Translations under genes and position numbers: made by a program
Notes under the pieces: generated by a model
What the model was told of the DNA's origin: nothing
The model's database searches: none
The model's input: only the letters and a program-made list of their open reading frames with translations
Source: a virus
Taxonomy: Duplodnaviria; Caudoviricetes
Reading direction: 5' to 3' (one strand)
Virus record (IMG/VR): IMGVR_UViG_3300025127_000044
Span: 1-57,273 of that record
Length of the DNA stretch: 57,273 bases
Shown here: positions 26,898 through 36,184 of the stretch, piece after piece
How positions within the stretch are numbered: position 1 is the first letter of the stretch
Layout of the letters: each line of letters begins with the position of its first letter

Positions 26898-29094
26898 TCC
26901 ACATAAGGTTGCAGTAGGTTGGCTAAACATCAACGAAGATATCCAGTGGTTAGAAGGATGGGTTCGTGCTGGCTTTGGTTGGTGCGCAACTCATTTTGCT
27001 AATAGATATCGAAAAGGCGAGAATGCTAGAGGAAGCAATCTAATTGTTGTTGATATTGATGGAGACGTCTCTTTGGATCAGTTCTGGGAGACTGATACAG
27101 CAAAAAACTGGTGTAAATGTACATATACATCAGCTAGTCATACAGAAGATGAGCACCGTTTTCGCGCCCTTTTTCCTCTCGAAATCTCATTAGACAATAC
27201 TTCGCAGCACAAAGGAGCTTATTGGCTAGTTGTCGATCGCCTAATAGCTGAGTTAGGGCTTGATGCTCTTAAAGATAACTGTGGCCAAAAGCCTGAAAGA
27301 CTGTGGTACGGCAATACTGCTGCTGAGTTTAGATGGAACATTCCTCAGATTGAACGTCCTATAGAAGTACCAGCATTCTTGCTTGAGGATATTAGTTATC
27401 AAGAGCCAGTTAGCTTTGCTCATTCTGATGTCACGTCACTTGACGTAGAGCGCTGCTCGTGGCTTTTACGTGAGTTCTTGAGACCATCAGACGATAACGA
27501 ATATGAGTCTTATTACGTACCTGTCATGGCCGCCTGCGCTGGCATTGGCACAGAAATATTTGATGCTTGGGTAGCGTGGGTATTACGTGGCCATCATGGC
27601 CAAAAAGAAGACAATATCAGACCTTACAAATGGAAAGGTCTCGGTAATTACGCTGGCCATACTACACTGTATTCGCTTGCAAAAAAGCAAGATTCGAACT
27701 GGACAAGTTATCTACCTTCACATCTATCTTTTCAATCATTTTGCTCTGCTGTTGGATATGAAGGAGATGAGCCGTTACCAGATTTAGACTCTTTGATTAC
27801 TGAGCTGCCAAAAATGAATCAAAATAATTTACCAGATCCAGAACCACTTCCCGATACAGCCGTTACTCCAAAAAAACGTGGTCGCCCTAAAAAAGGTAAC
27901 GATGATCTAGCTAAAGAGCGGCAAGAAGATAGACGTAAATTAAAAGAGGTTTTTCCATTTATACGTAAGAACCTCCTTACCAGTCAAATACATGTCACTG
28001 ATTGCTTTGGTACTTCGTCAACTCTTGAAGGAAATGACATTGACATTATGACCACGAAGCTTGCCATTGAACATGGTCGATTTATTCCTGAACAAAGGAT
28101 GAAAGTCGCTGTTCAGTATGAAGCATCCATCAACCAATTCTGCCCTATTAATGAGTATCTTGATAGCTGTGTAAAAGGTGCACTGCCTCATCCTGATTGG
28201 GATCGTTTAGGAGAAGTGTTTCTAGGCAATCCGCATAGGCTTGCAACACTTGCCATGCAACGAATGATGATCGGTGCAGTGGCTCGTGCGAGGAACCCAG
28301 GCTGCTCCATGTCCTGGTTACCTATTTTGGTAGGAGCACAAGGAGTAGGGAAATCACAATTTAGCCGGAGCCTTGTACCTGACAAATTGTTTGCTGAAAT
28401 AACAACTCCTATTGAGACGTTGATCAAAGAACAATATCGCTTGCATGTTGCCTGGATTCTGGAGCTTCCAGAAATTGATCATTTTTTCAATCCAAAAAAT
28501 ATTGAAAATTTCAAAAACCTGATAACTACTAGATGTGATGAAACACGTAGGCCTTACGCAAGTCATCCAGAACGGCTTCAACGTCGGTTCGTAACTATTG
28601 GAACAACCAATAGAAATCAGTTTCTTGTCGATAGTACAGGTAACAGGAGATTTGTACCGCTTGAAATCGGCACAGGTTTTTTAATTCCTTGGCAGCGTAT
28701 TGTTAATGAAAGAGACCATTTATGGTTTTCTGCAATACAAGCCTATGAGCGTGGTGATGCTTATGAATATACCAGTGGTGAAATTGCTGATATATCAGAA
28801 TACATTCAGGAGTTTGGTGATCCAGATCCCTGGATGGAAAAGATTGTTTCCTATGTCAACTTGAGAACTGATGTAACCCCATCACAGGTATTAACTCAAG
28901 CCCTCGATTTAGATCCGCGTCAACAAAGTCGACGTGAATCACGACGAGTAGCTGATGTACTTCAATCAATGGGCTGGCGTCGCCAAGTGACGTCTCGAAA
29001 AGATCCAGTAACTGGTCGCCAGAAATCAATACGCTTGTGGATTCGACCAGCAAACGATCCTTTGCCTGAAGATCACATTTTACAAGACTTTTAA
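26851..29094 (+). CDS. Primase-helicase (AEP-like primase + PriCT-like + VapE/SF3 helicase)
   Basis: VVDID and YTSASH..RFR; Walker A GAQGVGKS; GTTN ... DSTGNRRF. Confidence 0.88.
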   Translation: MKLQIAVNKNCKNKTNPHKVAVGWLNINEDIQWLEGWVRAGFGWCATHFANRYRKGENARGSNLIVVDIDGDVSLDQFWETDTAKNWCKCTYTSASHTEDEHRFRALFPLEISLDNTSQHKGAYWLVVDRLIAELGLDALKDNCGQKPERLWYGNTAAEFRWNIPQIERPIEVPAFLLEDISYQEPVSFAHSDVTSLDVERCSWLLREFLRPSDDNEYESYYVPVMAACAGIGTEIFDAWVAWVLRGHHGQKEDNIRPYKWKGLGNYAGHTTLYSLAKKQDSNWTSYLPSHLSFQSFCSAVGYEGDEPLPDLDSLITELPKMNQNNLPDPEPLPDTAVTPKKRGRPKKGNDDLAKERQEDRRKLKEVFPFIRKNLLTSQIHVTDCFGTSSTLEGNDIDIMTTKLAIEHGRFIPEQRMKVAVQYEASINQFCPINEYLDSCVKGALPHPDWDRLGEVFLGNPHRLATLAMQRMMIGAVARARNPGCSMSWLPILVGAQGVGKSQFSRSLVPDKLFAEITTPIETLIKEQYRLHVAWILELPEIDHFFNPKNIENFKNLITTRCDETRRPYASHPERLQRRFVTIGTTNRNQFLVDSTGNRRFVPLEIGTGFLIPWQRIVNERDHLWFSAIQAYERGDAYEYTSGEIADISEYIQEFGDPDPWMEKIVSYVNLRTDVTPSQVLTQALDLDPRQQSRRESRRVADVLQSMGWRRQVTSRKDPVTGRQKSIRLWIRPANDPLPEDHILQDF

Positions 29095-29122
29095 TTACAC
29101 TTTAAAAAGATCAGAAGATATC

Positions 29123-29359
29123 ATGCTTACAAAAGATATTAAAATAGGACTGCGAGTAAAAGTAGCATCAAATGGTCTCAATGCAATTGTTGTTGGGACT
29201 CCAGAATACTATACCCCTAAAGCAAAATTAGTACGTATTAAATACGAAAATAGTACTCGCTACGAATATATGATTTCAAAACAACTTTCTGCTCTATCTC
29301 TCGAAGATCAATATCCTGCCCTTGGCGGAAGTTTTGCCAAGCCAGAGGGGCATTTCTAA
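29123..29359 (+). CDS. Small SH3/KOW-like hypothetical protein
   Basis: IKIGLRVKV ... VRIKY. Confidence 0.65.
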   Translation: MLTKDIKIGLRVKVASNGLNAIVVGTPEYYTPKAKLVRIKYENSTRYEYMISKQLSALSLEDQYPALGGSFAKPEGHF

Positions 29360-30171
29360 TGGGTGAAGCTAAGCCTAAACATAAAGGTGGACATGCTTAC
29401 GGCAGACGACATGCACAGATGTCCAATACGTCTGTAGAGGGCGAGCTTTGCATTTACGCGGGTCACGGACTGGGGCGCTTTTCTAATCGCTCTATGCGAT
29501 ACGACAGCCATCAAGCATGTACGCGTTGCGTTGCTGCTGCACGTGAGGGTAGAATTTCATTTGATATTGAATCACTGCTTAAAAAACACCGCAATCGCGC
29601 TCTCAAATTCTGGAGCCAAGTTGACATTGGTAATCCAGATGAATGTTGGAATTGGAACGGCTGTATTAATAAAAGAACTAAACAGCCACAATTCTCTTGG
29701 CGCAGACCAGAAATTAGTACATCCACACAGCATCATCCTCAAAGAGTTGCTATGTGGTTTACTTGGGGAGATTTAGGTTACACAGGAGTAAAAACAACTT
29801 GTGGCAATAAATACTGCTGTAATCCTTTTCATTTAATACCACAGAACGTTGGTGTATTTGTTGATGATGAAAGTTATATTGAAAGCTTTGAACTTGCTTG
29901 CCAAGTCCATACTCTCAAACAGCAAGTTCAAGAATACATGGTTGAGCAGGCTTTCATTGAAGAGGAGAAGCAAGCAAAACTAGATCAAAGCGATCTGATT
30001 AGTGATCACAATGATTTATTTTTAAATAAAGATTCTAGTTTTGAAAAACGAGTTCAAGCTGTCATGTCCGACATTATGGAAGGTAGGCACATCACTCAAA
30101 TTGAACCACATCATCCGGGCTTATACAGCAAACCAGATGATGATCAATTCAACCCCACGGACGACTATTAA
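29359..30171 (+). CDS. HNH-like Zn-binding protein (divergent)
   Basis: FWSQVD ... ECWNWNG ... CGNKYCCNPFHL; extra CxxC. Confidence 0.7.
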   Translation: MGEAKPKHKGGHAYGRRHAQMSNTSVEGELCIYAGHGLGRFSNRSMRYDSHQACTRCVAAAREGRISFDIESLLKKHRNRALKFWSQVDIGNPDECWNWNGCINKRTKQPQFSWRRPEISTSTQHHPQRVAMWFTWGDLGYTGVKTTCGNKYCCNPFHLIPQNVGVFVDDESYIESFELACQVHTLKQQVQEYMVEQAFIEEEKQAKLDQSDLISDHNDLFLNKDSSFEKRVQAVMSDIMEGRHITQIEPHHPGLYSKPDDDQFNPTDDY

Positions 30172-30203
30172 TTTCTCTATCCTTATTAAAGAGTCATAAT
30201 ATT

Positions 30204-30626
30204 ATGTCACGTCGTACCGACCTTTTAAATCAACTTGTTAGTTCAGATAAATTTGGACAAGAGAAAGAGCAAGAGCAGAAATTCCTTCTCGCTACTGCTG
30301 AATTAATCTTGTCTGATTTAATTAACATTGCATTGAATGGCATCGAATCGCGTGGCGCAGGTACTCTAGTCATTAATTTAATCAATGACTCGACTGTCTT
30401 TATGTCAGGAGCTGATATTGAATCTGATTTAATTGTTGCTGAAATGGAAGGTGACGATGATGTTAGTGCGTTTTTGAAACCCCTGATAGATAAAGTTAAT
30501 ACTAATGATTGGCAAAATCATGTTTTAATTACCCTAATTAGTGATGCAGGAACAAGAACATTTGCTGTGGAAGCAGGAGGGAGCCAAGAAAGCCTCCGAG
30601 CGTTCGCATCAGAATTTACAGGATAA
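30204..30626 (+). CDS. Hypothetical protein
   Basis: 140 aa ORF. Confidence 0.8.
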   Translation: MSRRTDLLNQLVSSDKFGQEKEQEQKFLLATAELILSDLINIALNGIESRGAGTLVINLINDSTVFMSGADIESDLIVAEMEGDDDVSAFLKPLIDKVNTNDWQNHVLITLISDAGTRTFAVEAGGSQESLRAFASEFTG

Positions 30627-31212
30627 ACTTAAAGCACAAGGATTAAAGCTACCTCTCTATCCGACTCCTCAGATCATTGAGAGAGCACGATCTGTAATGG
30701 GCAGTATTGATTTTGATCCTACGTCTGACCCTGTACAGCAAGTGCTTGTTGACGCTGTTTCAGTACCTACTCTTGAGGTTAATCCTCTGCAAGAGCACTG
30801 GCATGGCAATGTTTTTGTAGCGCCAAAAGGTGCAGTTAAAAATAGTCGCTTATGGTTCAATAAAACTCTTAGCGAATATCGTAATAACTATATCGATAGT
30901 TTTGTTTTCTTTACAAGCGCTTCTGAGTTACTTAGAGCAGCGCCAGCTATTTATGATTATCCTTTTTGCATTCCGTTCAAGCGGGTCCGTCAATTACGAG
31001 CGACTGCAGCTGGCTTTGAACATGTTTCACCTTCTACTTGGAATGTAATTGTTTATGGCCCCCCACTAGACTTAACAATTTCAGACATTGACAAATACTC
31101 ATTATTTTACGATACATTCCGTGATATAGGACGAGTATGTTTCAACGAATACGCTGGAGACAATTGGTCAAAAGACCTCGAATTTTATGAAGAAAAGCGA
31201 GGCAATGTTTAA
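30541..31212 (+). CDS. Phage DNA N6-adenine methyltransferase-like protein with non-canonical motif IV
   Basis: IIERARSVMGSIDFDP ... WHGNVFVAPKG (NPPY expected); start codon uncertain. Confidence 0.65.
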   Translation: MMQEQEHLLWKQEGAKKASERSHQNLQDKLKAQGLKLPLYPTPQIIERARSVMGSIDFDPTSDPVQQVLVDAVSVPTLEVNPLQEHWHGNVFVAPKGAVKNSRLWFNKTLSEYRNNYIDSFVFFTSASELLRAAPAIYDYPFCIPFKRVRQLRATAAGFEHVSPSTWNVIVYGPPLDLTISDIDKYSLFYDTFRDIGRVCFNEYAGDNWSKDLEFYEEKRGNV

Positions 31213-31625
31213 TGCAGAAAAATATCGCTAATGATTATTTGTATTGCCTCCCGTCAGGGTTACGAGTCCATCCTTGTAGACTAATTGTCAAGGATGGATC
31301 TATCATGTGGAAACACGCATTGCTTTATAAGGATAAATATCTCTGCATTCCTGAAAGCGCTGCCCACGAATCTCATATCATTAAAACCGCAATAAGGTTA
31401 GAGGAGTTAAACTCTTGGTTATCTTCTGATTTAGAACCATGGGAAGCCCTCGTACCTGATTATTGGTATGTGCCTGATATCCCAGAATTATCAGAAGGGA
31501 TTTCTGTTTATATGCATCATGTCGTTCATCCAGTTGACTTTGTTTATAAGGAATTGTCTAAACATATCTTAGATCATGAAGTGCTTGAGAATAGAGGCTC
31601 TTATTTATATTTCAAACGTTGTTGA
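31212..31625 (+). CDS. Hypothetical protein
   Basis: 137 aa, TAATG-coupled. Confidence 0.75.
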   Translation: MQKNIANDYLYCLPSGLRVHPCRLIVKDGSIMWKHALLYKDKYLCIPESAAHESHIIKTAIRLEELNSWLSSDLEPWEALVPDYWYVPDIPELSEGISVYMHHVVHPVDFVYKELSKHILDHEVLENRGSYLYFKRC

Positions 31626-32025
31626 AATGTTCGATTAATATACTGTTTGGTATAAACCAATAAGAAACAGATTGCCAATCCTTGCCTAGCAAATAAGCTT
31701 TGTAGAATTCTTTGATATTTTTGAAATCATTTTTATATGCTTTTGGATAAATTGTCATACTCATTATGCAAAAGATTATGACATGGAAAAAAGAACCAGC
31801 TGGATGATGCCCTAACTGAAATCCCAGCAGTTTAGCTTCATCACTTACATTAAATCCTAGCCTGAAATGCATGTGCAATTGGTCATGTAAATCTGTACTT
31901 TCACCGATTCCAGGAATCCAATTCTCTAAGAACTGTATGTATGGATCAACTTCAATAGACTCTGTTAGTGATTGCCGGTTACCACCGGCTTTATTGTTTT
32001 GTGCCACAAAACGACTCTTATTCAT
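31612..32025 (-). CDS. Hypothetical protein
   Basis: 137 aa ORF; start uncertain. Confidence 0.55.
   Translation of the reverse strand: MNKSRFVAQNNKAGGNRQSLTESIEVDPYIQFLENWIPGIGESTDLHDQLHMHFRLGFNVSDEAKLLGFQLGHHPAGSFFHVIIFCIMSMTIYPKAYKNDFKNIKEFYKAYLLGKDWQSVSYWFIPNSILIEHFNNV
31974..31989 (+). promoter_or_regulatory. Hairpin element H19
   Basis: GCCGGT-TACC-ACCGGC then TTTATTGTTTTGTGCC, upstream of the operon leading to polA. Confidence 0.7.
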
Positions 32026-32059
32026 TTAATATATGTAGTATATAGCAAAAGATCACTAC

Positions 32060-32395
32060 ATGATGAACTCTGACTTTCTAGAATTTGATAAGTCTAACAA
32101 GGTTGATTTGGACATATTTGATGATCTGGAGTTTACAAAACTCTCCTACGGAGGAACCTCCAACGATGACGAAAATGTAGATAATTCAATTAATCATCCT
32201 TCTCACTACACTAGTGGTGGGCAAGAGGCAATTGACACTATTGAAGATGCTGTAATAGATGCTCCTAACGCAGTTATTGGAGGCCTTCAATGGAATACTC
32301 TTAAGTACTTGTTAAGACTTTGGCTAAAAGAAAATCCCAAGCAAGACGCACTCAAAGCTCGCTGGTACCTTGACCGTTTAATTGATAAACTATGA
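32060..32395 (+). CDS. DUF3310 (T7 gp1.7/SaV-like) protein
   Basis: INHPSHYTSGGQEAID ... N.LKY ... D..KARWYL. Confidence 0.85.
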   Translation: MMNSDFLEFDKSNKVDLDIFDDLEFTKLSYGGTSNDDENVDNSINHPSHYTSGGQEAIDTIEDAVIDAPNAVIGGLQWNTLKYLLRLWLKENPKQDALKARWYLDRLIDKL

Positions 32396-32979
32396 CTGTT
32401 GTAAAAGGTGACCCATCATATTTGAAAGATAAAGATCAATATTTCATGAACATCGCAAAGGCAGTTGAAAGTGGATCTAACCATCCTCTAGCTCCAGGTG
32501 GATGTGTAATTGTTAGAGATCGCGAAATTATTGGTGATGGGAGAACATGTCTCGCACACTGCAGAGTTGAATTCGATTGTGTCTCTTATGCCATAGCTGT
32601 GGCTTCAAAAAGAGGCACACCATTAGCTGGAGCAACTGTGTATACCACCCGGTATCCTTTTAGTGCTTCTGTAGCACAGTTACATTTAATGGGAATTAAA
32701 AAAGTTGTATATCTTTCTCGTGGTGAATGGGAGGCTCATTACAAACAAGAATATCATCGGGCAGGACGCTTAGCTAGTGAACTTTTAGTCAATATGATTC
32801 CTTATTATGAAGATCCAGATCCAAGATTTGCAAATCAAAAATCAACAGAGCAATATCAACAAAATAAAAAATCCAAGAAGCAGACGTATTCCTCGCCAAA
32901 TCCGATTGAATCAGACAATTTCAACATTGAAGAATATACAGAAGAAGACTATGAATCAATCTCTACTATTCGACCTTGA
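32392..32979 (+). CDS. dCMP deaminase-fold protein lacking Zn ligands
   Basis: DQYFMNIA, GCVIVRDREIIGDG, GATVYTTRYP, GIKKVVY; HAE and PCxxC absent. Confidence 0.75.
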   Translation: MTVVKGDPSYLKDKDQYFMNIAKAVESGSNHPLAPGGCVIVRDREIIGDGRTCLAHCRVEFDCVSYAIAVASKRGTPLAGATVYTTRYPFSASVAQLHLMGIKKVVYLSRGEWEAHYKQEYHRAGRLASELLVNMIPYYEDPDPRFANQKSTEQYQQNKKSKKQTYSSPNPIESDNFNIEEYTEEDYESISTIRP

Positions 32980-33475
32980 ATCTACTGGATTACTTAGACA
33001 AGGTTCTAATATTCATTGCATTGTCGCAAGGGATTTAAATGATACTGATGAACCACTTATTTATGACTGTCGAAAAACCCAGACAATTGATATGGGTATT
33101 GAGCGACTTCGCCGTGCAGACGTACTAATAGGACATAATATTATTGGTTATGATATTCCACTTATAAAAGAACAATATGACTTCGACTTCGAAGGAGAAC
33201 TTATTGATACTCTTGTGCTGTCTCGTTTGTTTTACCCCCATATTCTTGACCGTGATTATGAAAGGCGTCCTACAGGCATGCCTCAAAAATTGTACGGAAG
33301 ACATTCACTCGAAGCTTGGGGTTATAGATTAAAGTGTTTTAAAGGTGATTTTGCTAAACACGAAGCAGCTTGGGATGTATATACACCTGAGATGTTGGAT
33401 TACTGCATTCAAGATACTTCAGTTACTTTAAAACTCTACGAATTAATGATGAGGAGGATGGAAGACTATGCTTGA
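32951..33475 (+). CDS. 3'-5' exonuclease domain of split DNA polymerase A
   Basis: ExoI FDLES, ExoII GHNIIGYD, ExoIII YCIQD; HSLEAWGYRL as in T7-like polymerases. Confidence 0.92.
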   Translation: MNQSLLFDLESTGLLRQGSNIHCIVARDLNDTDEPLIYDCRKTQTIDMGIERLRRADVLIGHNIIGYDIPLIKEQYDFDFEGELIDTLVLSRLFYPHILDRDYERRPTGMPQKLYGRHSLEAWGYRLKCFKGDFAKHEAAWDVYTPEMLDYCIQDTSVTLKLYELMMRRMEDYA

Positions 33476-34769
33476 TTGTGCAGAACTTGAAATGCGTATG
33501 GCTAATATCATGGCCATGCAAGAAGCTTCTGGGTTTCGTTTTGATTTAGATAATGCAGATAAAGTCCGAGATCAACTCAAGGCTGAATCTGACGGCATTG
33601 AACAAAAAATAGCTAAACGTTATCGTTATGTTCCAGGTAAAGTATTTACACCAAAACGTAGGGACAAGAAAAACGGCTACCACTCAGGTGCACCCATGAC
33701 TCGTTTAGAGTCTTTCAACCCAACAAGCCGCCAGCATATCGCCTGGGCACTTGAGACACACCGTGGAGCACGGTTCATTAAGCGCACGGATACAGGGAAA
33801 CCTAAAGTTGACGAAGCGACTCTTTCTGAAATACGTGACATCGCGCTTCAACAAAAAAATCCGGCGCTACATCAAGAGTGTGAGTGGTTTATTCGCCTAC
33901 TGACATTACAGAAATGGCTTGGCCAGCTTTCAGAAGGATCTAACTCATGGTTTAACACCATTGAACCGGATGGTTGCATACATCACAGCTGTACGCTTGC
34001 TACACAAACTGGGCGAAACGCTCACCGGGGTCCCAACCTCGGGCAGGTTGTGAGTGCACCTTGGGCACGTGAGCTTTTTGTTCCACACCATGGTATGACC
34101 ATGGTAGGCAGTGACTTAGAAGGCCTGGAACTTAGATGCTTAGGGCACTACCTCCATAGGTTCGACCAGGGCTCCTTTGCTCGTGTTGTCCTCGAAGGGG
34201 ATATCCACCAGCAAAACGCTGACCGTGTGGGCTGCAGCCGGTCTGAGGTTAAGACCCTGATTTACGCCTTTATCTATGGCGCTGGCGACCTCAAGTTAGG
34301 CCATAGTCTGCATCCGGAGCTTTCTGATGCACAGAAAAAATCCTTAGGAGCTGAACTCAGACGTAAGTTTCTCGACGCCGTTCCTGGCCTAGAGCCTCTT
34401 GTGGAGGCTGTTAAGCAAAAGGTTCGCAGCTCTGGCCGCCTCAAAGGGCTTGACGGTCGTCCAATCTTTTGTCGCGCAGAACATAGCTCGCTTAATTTCT
34501 TGCTTCAGTCAGCCGGCGCGATTTTGAGCAAAAGGTGGGTTGTATGTACTCAAGATATGATCGATGCTGCAGGACTTACGTACAACGTTGACTATACTCG
34601 TTGTGCTTATGTTCATGATGAACAACAGTTTTCTGTTGTTCCATCAGAAGCACTTCAAATGGTAGGCATCTGTATAGCTGCAGCTCCTAAAGCCGGAGAG
34701 TATTACAACTTTAAGGTCCCCATTGCCGCCGCTGCTACAACTGGTGAAAACTGGGCCAAAACTCATTGA
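33468..34769 (+). CDS. polA: DNA polymerase A, polymerase domain
   Basis: TGR..H.GPNLGQV, motif A DLEGLELR, motif B KTLIYAFIYG, motif C VHDE. Confidence 0.95.
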   Translation: MLDCAELEMRMANIMAMQEASGFRFDLDNADKVRDQLKAESDGIEQKIAKRYRYVPGKVFTPKRRDKKNGYHSGAPMTRLESFNPTSRQHIAWALETHRGARFIKRTDTGKPKVDEATLSEIRDIALQQKNPALHQECEWFIRLLTLQKWLGQLSEGSNSWFNTIEPDGCIHHSCTLATQTGRNAHRGPNLGQVVSAPWARELFVPHHGMTMVGSDLEGLELRCLGHYLHRFDQGSFARVVLEGDIHQQNADRVGCSRSEVKTLIYAFIYGAGDLKLGHSLHPELSDAQKKSLGAELRRKFLDAVPGLEPLVEAVKQKVRSSGRLKGLDGRPIFCRAEHSSLNFLLQSAGAILSKRWVVCTQDMIDAAGLTYNVDYTRCAYVHDEQQFSVVPSEALQMVGICIAAAPKAGEYYNFKVPIAAAATTGENWAKTH

Positions 34770-34773
34770 TATA

Positions 34774-34971
34774 ATGAACATGAAGCCTGATGCATTAGTT
34801 TTAGAAGCCAACAAATTGGTCATAGCACTTGATAATCTTTTGTGGGATTTATCAATGAGTGGTAACGCTGACTTATTTGAACGTGTGAACTCTATTCATT
34901 GGAAAGCATTGGAGAGATACGAACGTAGGTACAAAAAATGGAAATCACTCCCAGAGAATCGTATGTTATAG
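34774..34971 (+). CDS. Hypothetical protein
   Basis: MNMKPDALVLEANKL...KALERYERRY. Confidence 0.6.
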   Translation: MNMKPDALVLEANKLVIALDNLLWDLSMSGNADLFERVNSIHWKALERYERRYKKWKSLPENRML

Positions 34972-35768
34972 ATCCTGGAAAGGCTAGAGCCGATTTACAG
35001 AGACTTATTGCACCCCAATCTCCTTTACAAGAAAGTATGGGAAATCTAAGTCTTCAAGCGTTTGATTTATATCAAAAAATCAATGAAGAAAGAATTCGAA
35101 GAGGAGAACTTCCCCGCTCTATTGGGGTTCAGCTATCTCCTGATGTTTTTTATAAACGTCAATGGAAAGCAAACTTGGGTGATGGCCCTTCACGCGGCAA
35201 CGAAGTTGAATTTATGAGCCTTAAAAATGTACCTATGAATGATTGGGATACACCTGATCCAAGGTTTCATCCTGATTCATCGGTTACTGTTCGGCACTTA
35301 GGTGACGTAGAAGAGAATATAAGAGACTATCAAAAGCTGTTTCCAGAATCCTTGATGCGGCTTTATCAAACCCCTGGTGGGTACAGAGCCTTTGAACTAG
35401 GAATGCAATCTGATCCTCTCTCATATGCAGCTGATGCTAAGCGTATGAATGTTGATCCTAATTACTGGAAAATTAATCGACTTGAAATGCAAGCAGATAA
35501 TCTTGCAAATGACCCTGTAGCTTTTAGATCTCGAATTTCACATAAACCCGGAAGAATTGACTGGGTTGCTCAACCAATAGCTACATTTGGAAGTGGAATG
35601 CCAATTGCTAATTCAGAGAAGCTTGTCAAAATTATGCACAACCTTCCTATTCAACGTGCTTATTTAAGTAAAGGTGGAACTAGCCAAGCAATGGATTTAC
35701 TAAAAGCGAACTTGCCGACAGCTTCTCAAGCACTGCAATCTGAACTCAAACGAAGATTAAGATTATGA
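34938..35768 (+). CDS. Hypothetical protein
   Basis: 276 aa ORF with NDWD and RLYQTPGGYR. Confidence 0.75.
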   Translation: MEITPRESYVIDPGKARADLQRLIAPQSPLQESMGNLSLQAFDLYQKINEERIRRGELPRSIGVQLSPDVFYKRQWKANLGDGPSRGNEVEFMSLKNVPMNDWDTPDPRFHPDSSVTVRHLGDVEENIRDYQKLFPESLMRLYQTPGGYRAFELGMQSDPLSYAADAKRMNVDPNYWKINRLEMQADNLANDPVAFRSRISHKPGRIDWVAQPIATFGSGMPIANSEKLVKIMHNLPIQRAYLSKGGTSQAMDLLKANLPTASQALQSELKRRLRL

Positions 35769-35950
35769 CCAAAGAAGAAGTACAGGAGATGATTGATGAT
35801 GCAATACGCAAACATAATCGTAACGCTGGAATTATTAGTATGTGTGTTGGCTGGGTTGTTCTTGCACTTTTTGCTGAGGGCCTTCTTCGACTTATTGGAG
35901 TAATTCCACCACTTTTCCCTTGGCTTGATATTAGCTTAAAATTACAATAG
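35765..35950 (+). CDS. Small membrane protein, cyanophage-type
   Basis: QEMIDDAIRKHNRNA followed by a TM segment. Confidence 0.75.
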   Translation: MTKEEVQEMIDDAIRKHNRNAGIISMCVGWVVLALFAEGLLRLIGVIPPLFPWLDISLKLQ

Positions 35951-35967
35951 TCACTCGCTATATATTT

Positions 35968-36150
35968 ATGGAAGACGAACCATTGATGCTGGCGTTACAA
36001 ATTAATGAAGCTGCGGCACGGCTTCTGCTTAAATCTGTTGATTTTCATCTTGACAAGTGGCCTGGTGGAGAGCCAGCAGAGCAAGAAGGATTACATGCTT
36101 TACAGACAAGACTAAGAGGTGCAGTTCTTGAATATCAAATGCGAAAATAA
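35968..36150 (+). CDS. Hypothetical protein
   Basis: 60 aa with KWPGGEPAEQE. Confidence 0.7.
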   Translation: MEDEPLMLALQINEAAARLLLKSVDFHLDKWPGGEPAEQEGLHALQTRLRGAVLEYQMRK

Positions 36151-36184
36151 ATAGTTAAAGTAAGTAAAAGATAGATATAAATTA

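Noticed and set aside
92-31989. Hairpins as purely ordinary intrinsic terminators
   Set aside because: Several lack T-tracts, loops are unusually constrained, and there is often no room for a host promoter before the next ATG. Not fully excluded, since true terminators at 38024 and 44566 also have TAAC loops
33451-33480. Programmed frameshift joining exonuclease and polymerase
   Set aside because: No slippery heptamer seen; the second ORF has its own SD-like sequence and ATG
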